This document shows positions 27,101 to 35,511 of a stretch of DNA of 64,000 bases, one piece after another; positions within the stretch are counted from its first letter, which is position 1, and every line of letters starts with the position of its first letter. Position numbers and translations under genes: made by a program. Source of the stretch: an uncultured Bacteroidales bacterium. Lineage in GTDB: Bacteria > Bacteroidota > Bacteroidia > Bacteroidales > WCHB1-69. Where the stretch lies: positions 10,563-74,562 of the forward strand of contig CALECM010000048.1 of assembly GCA_937949745.1 (NCBI GenBank). The letters run 5' to 3'. The notes beneath the pieces were generated by a model, which saw only the letters and a list, made by a program, of their open reading frames with translations, was not told the origin of the DNA and ran no database searches.

Positions 27101-27517
27101 CCGGTGGCTTCGACAAGCTCAGCCACCGGATAAAAAACTTCTTTTTCATCCTTCATGTATTGTCATTCTGAATGTAATGAAGAATCTTATAATTCCATTA
27201 CTCATTACCTTAAAATAAGAAGGCATTTAACAAAAGCCTCAACAGGACAAGAAGATAAATCAAAATATTCCTCCTCTGCCTATTTTCCCTGCGATGTCAT
27301 TACCGCATTAAGTTCTTTGAACGTATAAACGACAACCATTTATTTATAAAAGACCCTTCGCTTTGCTCAGGATGACAAAATAAAGAGAGCTTATCCCCTC
27401 TTGGCTTCGACGAACTCAGCCAGTAGGGAAGTCGTCGCTTTAAATTTTAATGCGTAAAAAATCAAGATTTCTTTGGCGTTAAAAATAGAAAAGATCCTTC
27501 GCTTCGCTCAGGATGAC
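27101..27517. repeat. Cluster of dispersed intergenic hairpin repeats (motifs A and B, both orientations)
   Basis: B copies: CCGGTGGCT-TCGACAAGCTC-AGCCACCGG (27101-27129) and TGGCT-TCGACGAACTC-AGCCA (about 27401-27422). A copies: GTCATTCTGAATGTAATGAAGAATC (27162-27186, +), GTCATCCTGAGCAAAGCGAAGGGTC (27352-27376, -) and GTCATCCTGAGCGAAGCGAAGGATC (27493-27517, -). Confidence 0.7.
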
Positions 27518-27628
27518 AATCCTTATCAATGCAAAGAAAATCGATTATCAAACCATGATTCCTCGTTTTATCCAGTAAGCCGGGATGGAATCTTCCGGAT
27601 AAATTGTCATTCTCTCAATGCTGAACTG

Positions 27629-27850
27629 TCATTCACTTTCCGATATCTTCGTTAATGCTTTTCCCTTATGGGCCGCAATGTGATTGGTCTTATCACTTTT
27701 AATTTCATATTGTGGCTCTTCCGGCGTGGCATGGTGGGTATAACCCTTGAAATCGAAATCCCGGGTATGGATCTTAATGATAGTTCCTGAAACCCTTCCT
27801 GCTTCAAAATTCCAGCTCACTTTATCACCTATGTTAAATTGTGTTTCCAT
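27629..27850 (-). CDS. DUF2945 (Hva1/TUDOR-like) small protein
   Basis: 73 aa. GDKVSWNFEAGRVSGTIIKIHTRDFDFKGYTHHATPEEPQYEIKSDKT matches my memory of the DUF2945 family. Confidence 0.7.
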   Translation of the reverse strand: METQFNIGDKVSWNFEAGRVSGTIIKIHTRDFDFKGYTHHATPEEPQYEIKSDKTNHIAAHKGKALTKISESE

Positions 27851-27995
27851 TTTTATATCTTTACTAAATATTCCTGATCTTCAGGCAAATGTTTCTCAGG
27901 CAATAACAATAAATGTGGAGCCTATGTTTTCGAAAAAATATAAAATATTAAAATCTACAGGATAATACCGGAGATTAAAAAACGTTTCTCCAACT

Positions 27996-28769
27996 ATGGA
28001 GCATATCATTTCTTTTCATGAATTAACGGAACTGTTAAATGAACTGGTTATCCGTTTTAATACCCCGGAGTTTGTCGAAACGGACCCTGTACAATTTCCA
28101 CGTCGATATAGCCTCAAACAGGACGTTGAAGTTTCAGCCTTCCTGACGGCCACGATCACCTGGGGAAAACGGAGTCTCATTCTCAAATCCGCCGACCGTA
28201 TGCACCGTCTGATGGGTATTTCACCATATGACTTCATTATGGGAAAAGGTTATGACGATCTGGAGAAAAAGAATATCCACCGGACTTTCTTCGAGGATGA
28301 TATGGCTTTCATTTGCCGGGGATTACAGGCAATTTACCAGAAATACGAAAGTATCGAAACCTTGTTTTCAGAACTTCCAGCCGACCATGAAAGGATATGG
28401 AACGCTCTCCGGATCTTCCGGGATCATATCCTCACAGCCAACGGAACCATGAAAAACAGAAGTATCAAACATATTTCAGATCCCGGAGCATCCGCATGCA
28501 AACGACTTCATCTTGCTTTAAAATGGCTGGTCAGGAATGACGGTATCGTGGATATCGGTTTATGGAAAAACATCTCTCCGGCTGAACTCTTCATCCCTCT
28601 GGACGTGCATGTGGGAAATTCGGCCCGCCAACTGGGATTATTGAAAAGAAAAGCAAATGACCGGGATGCGGTGACAGAACTCACGGAAAACCTCCGTATT
28701 TTTAATCCTGATGATCCGGTGGTATATGATTTTGCCTTATTCGGCATAGGTGAACAAAAACTCCTTTAG
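27996..28769 (+). CDS. TIGR02757 (DUF2400) family protein
   Basis: 257 aa. FVETDPVQFPRRY...EVSAFLTATITWGKR...IPLDVHV pattern as recalled for TIGR02757. Confidence 0.6.
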   Translation: MEHIISFHELTELLNELVIRFNTPEFVETDPVQFPRRYSLKQDVEVSAFLTATITWGKRSLILKSADRMHRLMGISPYDFIMGKGYDDLEKKNIHRTFFEDDMAFICRGLQAIYQKYESIETLFSELPADHERIWNALRIFRDHILTANGTMKNRSIKHISDPGASACKRLHLALKWLVRNDGIVDIGLWKNISPAELFIPLDVHVGNSARQLGLLKRKANDRDAVTELTENLRIFNPDDPVVYDFALFGIGEQKLL

Positions 28770-28780
28770 TGAAAAACAGA

Positions 28781-29461
28781 TCATGCCATTTCCTCACGGG
28801 CATAATCAGCGGCACGGTTAAGCAGGTTATTGAATTCTAAAGTTTTCCTGTAAGCGGCCACGGTTTTTTCTACCACTGCGGGATCCAGCAGGAATTGATT
28901 ATCCACGCGCATTTCCAGGTATACATCCTTTAATTTAAGATAGTCGGCAAAAGGACTGTCGGAAGGGAAACCCGCCGGAACCCGCTTGAGGCTGTTTTCC
29001 ATACCCAAAGTAAAACCTTTCGCTTTCTTAATCGCCGCCAGGAACGCTTCACCATTGAACATGATATCTTCACGTACACTTTGCAGGATGTGTTTTTCCG
29101 GCATATAAAGACCGGTTGTGAGAAGATTACCGCCCAGCAAACCTTCTCCCTGCGGTTCGATATGAAAATAATAGCCCGAATTTCCGGATTTCTTTCCTCC
29201 CGAACAAATATAGGCTCCCATATGGGTTTTGTAAGGTGATTTATCCATACTGAAACGCGTATCCCGATATATCCTGTAGGTGCAATCCTTCAAAGTAAGT
29301 CTTTTCACATTGGGATCGAACGAACCTATGCCTTCGATCAGTTTCACTACAAAAACGTGGAATTCGGCTTCCGCTTTTTTATATTCGGCTTTATGTTCGG
29401 CAAACCATTCACGATTATTGTTTTGCCGCAATCTGGTCAGGAAATCGATAATATTCTGCAT
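28781..29461 (-). CDS. DUF2461 (TIGR02453) family protein
   Basis: 226 aa. FLTRLRQNNNREWF..., RIYRDTRFSMDKSPYKTHMGAYI and GYYFHIEP motifs. Confidence 0.7.
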   Translation of the reverse strand: MQNIIDFLTRLRQNNNREWFAEHKAEYKKAEAEFHVFVVKLIEGIGSFDPNVKRLTLKDCTYRIYRDTRFSMDKSPYKTHMGAYICSGGKKSGNSGYYFHIEPQGEGLLGGNLLTTGLYMPEKHILQSVREDIMFNGEAFLAAIKKAKGFTLGMENSLKRVPAGFPSDSPFADYLKLKDVYLEMRVDNQFLLDPAVVEKTVAAYRKTLEFNNLLNRAADYAREEMA

Positions 29462-29627
29462 TTTAATCTATTTTCTATAATATGAAATGAAATTCTTATC
29501 CGGAATTTCAACTGTTACCTGCAAAAATAATCAAAAAGCATTCCGCTTTACCAGGTTAAGGGTGAAAAAAGAGATGAACGGAGTCCGGAGTCACAATAAA
29601 AAAGAAAATGTCCAAAACTTGCCTTTC

Positions 29628-29689
29628 GTTATCCTGAACCGGAGTGAAGTATCTGTTAATTCCAGGAATTCTTCACTCTTCAGAACGAC
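29628..29689. repeat. Inverted pair of degenerate motif-A repeats forming an extended hairpin (possible terminator of the 29750 gene)
   Basis: GTTATCCTGAACCGGAGTGAAGTATC (29628-29653, +) faces GTCGTTCTGAAGAGTGAAGAATTC (29666-29689, -). CTGAA/TTCAG and AGTGAAG/CTTCACT can pair. Confidence 0.5.
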
Positions 29690-29749
29690 AAAGAATATTG
29701 CATTACTTTTTGGACACTCTCTTATTACACTCTTTAACTAAGATACGGA

Positions 29750-30967
29750 TTAATTATGATGGAAAAATTTCCGGGTTTCTTCCGTTCCGTCGCTGAAAAA
29801 TACCTTTTTAATATAGAGATTACCTGAACGCAAATTATTTTCCTCCAGTTCGAATCCGCCCATATCGAATATTTTTTCGGACACTATTATCCGGCTGCTC
29901 ATAGCGGTAAGATAGAACGTATAAGTACTTTCCAGCACCTGATTGGAATTGGCATCAAATACGGATCCTTTCTGGAAAGTGATCTGGACCTGGCTGGTAC
30001 CTATAGCCACATTATTACTCAAACTAACGGTAACGGAATTGCCGTTGAAAGTAATATTCTGGATAGGGAACGCCTGGTTAAGGCTTACGATTTCGCCCAA
30101 ACTACCCTGCAATACGTCCCTGTCAAAATTAAAAACAAGATCAATAAGACCGGGAGCATCCGGATCATATACGGTTGTGGAGTTGGCTACCGGTACGGTG
30201 GAAATTATCATAGGATAATCCAGGGTTGCGAAATTCAACGTATAGTCCGTAACGGTTTCATTACCGTTGGCATCCGCTATGGCACCGGCGCCAATCACCA
30301 CATTGAATGTTTCGTCGGAAGGAAGTACCGGACTTTCCGGAGTTATAAGATCAAATGAAAGGACATTCTCTTCTTCCAGAGGATTTTCCACAGGCTCACC
30401 GTTAACCGTAATGAAATCCGGATTCACAATGGTAATTTCCTTATTGTAAGTGATGGTGATGAACGGCTGATTGGCCTGAACCTCCATATTCCCATTCACC
30501 GGAGAAGTGCTCACCACTTGCGGAGGACCCGGAGGCACGGTAGTGCTACCGTTTAATTCCACGGTTCCCTGAACCGGCATAATCCCGCCTAATAAAGCTA
30601 CGGTTACCAACAGGGTTGCCGTGTGGGGTTCTTCGGCAGTAGCGGGACCCGTAGGCGCATAAGTAACGGAAACATTATGTCCGCCTCCCATTAATTCAGC
30701 AAGCAACTCCATTAAAGACCTTTGAGGATCATCTGCCGTAAAAAATTCAGCATCAGGACCCTGTAAAGTAAGATCAAAAGATGAAATCATAGATAAAGCA
30801 GGCAAGCCTGCCACCTTGATATTGATCTGCTGTTCCACCTGTTGTCCTATCTCCGTCTGAACATATACCTCCGTAGGAGTGAATAAAAGACTTTGGGCTA
30901 AAACCTGGGTGGTTGTAAATGTCATTGCGAAAAACAGCAATGCATTAAGTTTTAAAATTTTATTCAT
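29750..30967 (-). CDS. Secreted protein with two SbsA/Big_5-like Ig domains; possible degenerate C-terminal sorting domain
   Basis: Signal peptide MNKILKLNALLFFAMTFTTTQVLAQ. VVSTSPVNGNMEVQANQPFITITYNKEI and IISTVPVANSTTVYDPDAPGLIDLVFNFDRDV are typical Ig-like domain starts. Confidence 0.55.
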   Translation of the reverse strand: MNKILKLNALLFFAMTFTTTQVLAQSLLFTPTEVYVQTEIGQQVEQQINIKVAGLPALSMISSFDLTLQGPDAEFFTADDPQRSLMELLAELMGGGHNVSVTYAPTGPATAEEPHTATLLVTVALLGGIMPVQGTVELNGSTTVPPGPPQVVSTSPVNGNMEVQANQPFITITYNKEITIVNPDFITVNGEPVENPLEEENVLSFDLITPESPVLPSDETFNVVIGAGAIADANGNETVTDYTLNFATLDYPMIISTVPVANSTTVYDPDAPGLIDLVFNFDRDVLQGSLGEIVSLNQAFPIQNITFNGNSVTVSLSNNVAIGTSQVQITFQKGSVFDANSNQVLESTYTFYLTAMSSRIIVSEKIFDMGGFELEENNLRSGNLYIKKVFFSDGTEETRKFFHHN

Positions 30968-31090
30968 ATTTTTTTGTTTTAATTATACGGATTATACCGT
31001 AATACATTTGATATAAAATATAAAAGTTAAAGAGTGTATTATTCTGCTTAAGCGAATTGAGAAATGATAATGAGTCTTACGGGGAGGCTG

Positions 31091-31121
31091 CGGAAGTAAG
31101 CGACTCAGGATCGGAAGTAAG
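31091..31121. promoter_or_regulatory. Direct repeat CGGAAGTAAG x2, 21-bp phasing, in a GC-rich island of an AT-rich intergenic region
   Basis: Perfect 10-mers at 31091-31100 and 31112-31121, 125-155 nt upstream of the ATG at 30967 (minus-strand gene). Function not established. Confidence 0.25.
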
Positions 31122-31439
31122 GTCGGGGATCAGATATTTACAGGAGAAGATTAATTTTTATCCGTGAAGTCGTAAATTCAAAATATTGTATTATTAAATT
31201 TGAACAAAAATAATTATTTTATTATATAATCCATATATTTTTTTTATTTTTTTATGCATTATATCATTTTGATCAAAAATTATATATTTAAAAATAAGAA
31301 TTAATATCAAGTAATTTTTGCTAATGAATGGTAGAAACAACCAATATGATAGTCAATAAATAAAAAAAGTCAATAATACTATCGGAAAAAGCATTATTGA
31401 CCAGATATACCGGCATTCCGGCAATGAATGAAATTTGAA

Positions 31440-31769
31440 TTATGAGGGATTATCCATCTCCTTATTCGGCATTTTGTCTTCCACATCCGTATCCGTAATA
31501 CCTACACCCGGAACATCGGGCTCATTAAGGCACGTATTTTCTTCGAGAGCGGTGGTACTGTAATTGGCGTTGTCATCAATGCGGAAAGACTCGTCTACAA
31601 TATTGGTCATATTGCATCCCTGGCTTTCCGGATAAAGTTCATCACCGTCACGGAAAGGGTTCTGATCCTCTTTTGGCAATCTGTTTGGAATCTGACCATT
31701 ACCGGTCGGGGTCATTTCCGGATTATGCTCTGACCCGGGTCTGTTTTTCATTGGGTTATCTGTTTCCAT
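31440..31769 (-). CDS. Hypothetical acidic, low-complexity protein (109 aa)
   Basis: ORF only, 32 nt downstream of the pyruvate-oxidase-like gene on the same strand. No signal peptide, no TM segment, no motif I recognise. Confidence 0.35.
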   Translation of the reverse strand: METDNPMKNRPGSEHNPEMTPTGNGQIPNRLPKEDQNPFRDGDELYPESQGCNMTNIVDESFRIDDNANYSTTALEENTCLNEPDVPGVGITDTDVEDKMPNKEMDNPS

Positions 31770-31801
31770 GTAATGATATTTAAATATGTTAATAATATAT
31801 T

Positions 31802-33589
31802 TTATTGTTCATCTTTGACCTGGTATTCGTCCATGAGTTCTTTCAACAAAGGTAGTCCCATAATATCATAGCGTTCTTTAAATACTTCTACTGCTTCTTT
31901 GCCGAATAATTTTTCGTCCAGAATCAAAGCCTCTGCGGGGAAAGGCCGGTCGTTGTTAATTTTAAGGTCGATTACCACGGGCACGGTACTTTTTACCGCC
32001 TTGTTAAATACTTCTTCCAGTTGATCCACACGTGTCACGGTAAATCCTTTAGCACCCATCGCTTCGCCTATAGCCGCATAATCCGCGGCCAGCAGATCTA
32101 CTCCGTATTTAGGTTGCTGCGTATCTTCCTGTTCGGCTTCGATAAAGCCAAAGGAGTTATTCGAAAATACGATATTAATAACCGGTAATTTATATTTTAC
32201 CTGCGTCAATATATCCTGCATAACCATGGCAAAACCGCCGTCGCCGTTCAACGTGAACACCTGCCGGTCCGGATAAGTTAACTTTGCCGCGATTCCTCCC
32301 GCGACTCCATAACCCATCGTGGCAAACAATCCCGATGTGGTAAACCGCTGATCCCGGCCATTCATATCCAATAGCCTTATCACGTGGATAGTTACATTTC
32401 CCACATCCGTCACAAAAATCGCATCCGGATCCGCCACCCGGTTGATTTCTTTAAATACGGGTTCTACCCGCATTGGTTCCCGGTCGCTATTATCGAAACC
32501 GTGTAACCATTTCAGCCAGTTATATCTGTTCTTACGATTAGCTTCAAGAAAAGGAGTAACCGGACTAGGCTCGCTTTTTTCCACCAGTAATTTCATAGTT
32601 TTACCGGCATCACCAAGTATAGCCACATCCGTACGGTGTCTTTTTCCCAACTTCGAGGAATCGACATCTATTTGTATAAATTTGGCTTCCTGTGGGAAAA
32701 AGAAACGGGCAAAAGGGAAATCACTTCCTATAAAAAGAATAAGGTCCGCCATATTTAGGGCTTCGTTTGCCGGCTTCGTGGCTACCCGGCCCGCCATACC
32801 CAGGAAATTCTCAAACCGGTCGGGCACAATACCTTTGCCTAATACCGAAGAAACCACCGGCATTGAAAAATGAGTGGACAGGGCCATTATTTCTTCTCCG
32901 GCACCCCGGGTACCCTGCCCGATATACAGAACAGGCCGTTTTGCTTCCTTAAGGAGTTGTATAGCTTTATCCACATCGGCAGGATCAGGTAACGGGTAAC
33001 CCACCCTGTGATTATCTGCCGAAGTGATCGATAAATCCGGAATATCCACATAGCCGAAATCCACCGGTATGGTGACTACGGAAACCCCTCTTCGCTCGTA
33101 GGCGATACGTATGGCATCATCAACCATAAAAGGAAGACTTTCCGGCGTCATCACCGTACGGTTATAAACGCTGACATCGGTAAACATCGGATTTTCGTTC
33201 ATTTCCTGGAACGCATTGTAATTCATCGCTGTTGAAGCCACCTGGCCGATCAGCGCCAATACCGGCACATGATCCATCTGCGCGTCATATAACCCGTTGA
33301 AAAGATGCGTGGCTCCCGGTCCGGCAGTACCAAAACAGACTCCGATCTTTCCCGTCAGTTTCGCATCGGCCGAAGCCGCTATGGCCCCTACTTCCTCGTG
33401 CCTGACCTGGATAAACCGGATCTTATCGCGTTCATCATAAAAGGAGTTCATCACGGAATTAAATGAACCTCCGGGAATTCCATAAACATGGTCCACGCCC
33501 CAGCTTTCCAAAACTCTGAGCATGGCCGTACCGGATTTAATAATTTTTCCGGATTCTTTTTTAATCGGTATATCACGTGCCGGATCCAT
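31802..33589 (-). CDS. Thiamine-diphosphate enzyme, pyruvate oxidase-like (POX/acetolactate synthase superfamily)
   Basis: VYGIPGGSFNS, GTAGPGATHLFNGLYDA and GDGGFAMVMQDILTQVKYKLPVINIVFSNNSFGFIEAEQE (the TPP-binding GDG...N motif, POX-like). Start moved to the ATG at 33587-33589 (MDPARD). Confidence 0.75.
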   Translation of the reverse strand: MDPARDIPIKKESGKIIKSGTAMLRVLESWGVDHVYGIPGGSFNSVMNSFYDERDKIRFIQVRHEEVGAIAASADAKLTGKIGVCFGTAGPGATHLFNGLYDAQMDHVPVLALIGQVASTAMNYNAFQEMNENPMFTDVSVYNRTVMTPESLPFMVDDAIRIAYERRGVSVVTIPVDFGYVDIPDLSITSADNHRVGYPLPDPADVDKAIQLLKEAKRPVLYIGQGTRGAGEEIMALSTHFSMPVVSSVLGKGIVPDRFENFLGMAGRVATKPANEALNMADLILFIGSDFPFARFFFPQEAKFIQIDVDSSKLGKRHRTDVAILGDAGKTMKLLVEKSEPSPVTPFLEANRKNRYNWLKWLHGFDNSDREPMRVEPVFKEINRVADPDAIFVTDVGNVTIHVIRLLDMNGRDQRFTTSGLFATMGYGVAGGIAAKLTYPDRQVFTLNGDGGFAMVMQDILTQVKYKLPVINIVFSNNSFGFIEAEQEDTQQPKYGVDLLAADYAAIGEAMGAKGFTVTRVDQLEEVFNKAVKSTVPVVIDLKINNDRPFPAEALILDEKLFGKEAVEVFKERYDIMGLPLLKELMDEYQVKDEQ

Positions 33590-33736
33590 AGTATATTTTT
33601 TAAATGGGATATTCAAACATGTAGTATAGAATAACATTATTCCCCCACCAATGTTTTAGAATTATTTAACAAATAAAAATATGATCACCGGAACCGGCCG
33701 GTAATACGGGAAAAAAAGAAGAAGATAACTAATATC

Positions 33737-34318
33737 TTAGGGAATATACCGGGCATGTACCGAACGGATCATTCCTCTGTTGGCCGTATCATCCGTACTA
33801 TATTCCGGTGCGGTATTGATTGACAATTCCTCATTTCCGATCCGGAAATTGTTTTTATAGATCACCTGGCTCGGTCCTAACAATGTTCCCTGTACCACAA
33901 AAGTGTATTCTCCTGGCGTTACGGCTTTTCCATTGTCATCTTTGAGATCCCATATATATACCTGCGGACCAGACTTTGGGGTGGCACCGGTATAAGCGTC
34001 GATTTGCTTAGTGGTATGAGTTTGCGGATTAGCTTTGCTTACCCACAAAGGCATGCAATCCGGACGGTAATCATATCCTCCTTCGGCTGTAAATTTGGTA
34101 ACAAATAATGTCCTTACAAGAACACCTTCGTTATTTTCAATCCATACTGCAAATTGATTACTTCCTCTTCCGCTTTGTTTTTCATAATCAACCGTGATCT
34201 CCAATCGGGTTCCTTCTTCCATGACCGTATCTGTTTTTTGGGCGGAATTTGCTTTTTGCGTACAATTGGATAAAATAAATAATAAACCAACCGAAAGTGT
34301 GAATAACCGGAATTTCAT
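33737..34318 (-). CDS. DUF2271 domain lipoprotein
   Basis: Lipobox LFILSNC. FAVWIENNEGVLVRTLFVTKF and YIWDLKDDNGKAVTPGEYTF patterns. Confidence 0.6.
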   Translation of the reverse strand: MKFRLFTLSVGLLFILSNCTQKANSAQKTDTVMEEGTRLEITVDYEKQSGRGSNQFAVWIENNEGVLVRTLFVTKFTAEGGYDYRPDCMPLWVSKANPQTHTTKQIDAYTGATPKSGPQVYIWDLKDDNGKAVTPGEYTFVVQGTLLGPSQVIYKNNFRIGNEELSINTAPEYSTDDTANRGMIRSVHARYIP

Positions 34319-34364
34319 AAGCTATATTTTTAAATTTGACATTATGATTTTTATTAAAAGTGAA

Positions 34365-34372
34365 CAAAGATA
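34365..34372 (-). promoter_or_regulatory. Candidate -7 box (TATCTTTG on minus strand)
   Basis: The plus strand reads CAAAGATA, 47 nt upstream of the ATG at 34318. Confidence 0.4.
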
Positions 34373-34438
34373 ATATTAAATCCGATACGATCTCGGAACC
34401 GGTTAACACTACTGCAATAACAATTTCATAAAAAACGT

Positions 34439-34446
34439 TACTTTTG
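34439..34446 (+). promoter_or_regulatory. Candidate -7 box TACTTTTG
   Basis: 25 nt upstream of the ATG at 34471. It overlaps the TTG start used in the ORF track. Confidence 0.5.
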
Positions 34447-34470
34447 CAGGTAATTTTCAATGTCGATATT

Positions 34471-35508
34471 ATGAGATTTTATACCATCATCCTGATGTTC
34501 CTCCTTTTACCGTTTACTTTAAACGCGCAATCCGATACATTAAACAGGACGGATAGCCGTGGCCGTAAACAGGGATACTGGAAGAAATATGAAAAAGATA
34601 AACTTCAATACGAAGGACAATTCATTGATGATGTTCCGTCGGGACTTTTCATTTATTATCACGATAACGGCAACCAAAAAAGCCGCAGCCGTTTCATACA
34701 GGGAACCTATAAGGTGGAAACGGTTATGTATGATCTCAACGGAAAGAAATCCGCCGAAGGGATTTATATAGACCAACTGAAAGACGGTACCTGGAAATAT
34801 TACGCGCCGAACAGTACGCTTATTAAAGTTGAAAATTACAGCAAAGGTATTAAAAACGGCCTCTGGCAAACTTTTTCTCCCCAAAGCGGGGTATTATTAC
34901 TGGAAGAAAATTATACCGGAGGAAAACTTAACGGAGAACAGAAAACTTATTTTACCACCGGAGAACTTAATACCCGGATTCCCTATATCGACGGCAGAAG
35001 AAACGGAATGTCGGAAAGCTTTTTCCCGGGAGAGATACTTTCCACCAAAGGCATGTACTACCAGAACCACAGGACAGGCAACTGGGATTATTATGATGAA
35101 ACCGGAAAACTCAGGAAAAGTACGGAATATGAAAAAGACCGTCCGGTTAAATCTTATCTTTATTTATACAATGGTTCCCATGCCCAGAAGATCAATCAGG
35201 ACCTCTTCGCTTACGTGCAAAAGACCGGGGAAAATAAAATAACGTTAGTGACGAAAAACGATAAGAGCCAAACTTTTACCGAAGATTACCAATCCCTTCT
35301 TTCCTGGCTGGATTTGGTTTACTTTACACCTGTATCCCCTTCGGTTACGGCTTCTTACGATATATTGACGGGCTATGAAGAAGTAGATGATGATACCGTA
35401 AAAGTGAAGATGCGCCCTTCTCCTTCCCCGGAAGTTTTAGCGAAAGGCGATTATGCCAAAATTGTAAAAAGAATATTTAACAGGGAATTACCGGTAGAAG
35501 AAGAATAA
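34471..35508 (+). CDS. MORN-repeat-variant (YwqK-like) secreted protein
   Basis: Signal peptide MRFYTIILMFLLLPFTLNAQ. Repeats GYWKKYEKDKLQYEGQFIDDVPSGLF, DGTWKYYAPNSTLIKVENYSKGIKNGLW, GKLNGEQKTYFTTGEL and HRTGNWDYYDETGKL. Confidence 0.75.
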   Translation: MRFYTIILMFLLLPFTLNAQSDTLNRTDSRGRKQGYWKKYEKDKLQYEGQFIDDVPSGLFIYYHDNGNQKSRSRFIQGTYKVETVMYDLNGKKSAEGIYIDQLKDGTWKYYAPNSTLIKVENYSKGIKNGLWQTFSPQSGVLLLEENYTGGKLNGEQKTYFTTGELNTRIPYIDGRRNGMSESFFPGEILSTKGMYYQNHRTGNWDYYDETGKLRKSTEYEKDRPVKSYLYLYNGSHAQKINQDLFAYVQKTGENKITLVTKNDKSQTFTEDYQSLLSWLDLVYFTPVSPSVTASYDILTGYEEVDDDTVKVKMRPSPSPEVLAKGDYAKIVKRIFNRELPVEEE

Positions 35509-35511
35509 AGA

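Noticed and set aside
27473-27655. 60-aa ORF (MALKIEKILRFAQDDNPYQ...)
   Set aside because: It is the translation of a motif-A repeat (GATCCTTCGCTTCGCTCAGGATGAC) and its flanking intergenic DNA. This is a classic repeat-derived spurious ORF.
29487-29741. 84-aa ORF between the DUF2461 gene and the Ig-like protein gene
   Set aside because: It spans the inverted motif-A repeat pair (29628-29689). It has no recognisable motif and lies in a terminator-like position.
33680-33695. GC palindrome ACCGGAACCGGCCGGT between the DUF2271 gene and the pyruvate-oxidase-like gene, considered as a terminator
   Set aside because: The stem is only about 5 bp with ambiguous pairing, and no convincing U-tract follows in the transcribed orientation.
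34188-34460. 90-aa minus-strand ORF
   Set aside because: It overlaps the 5' end of the DUF2271 gene in another frame and runs through the divergent promoter region that contains two -7 boxes.
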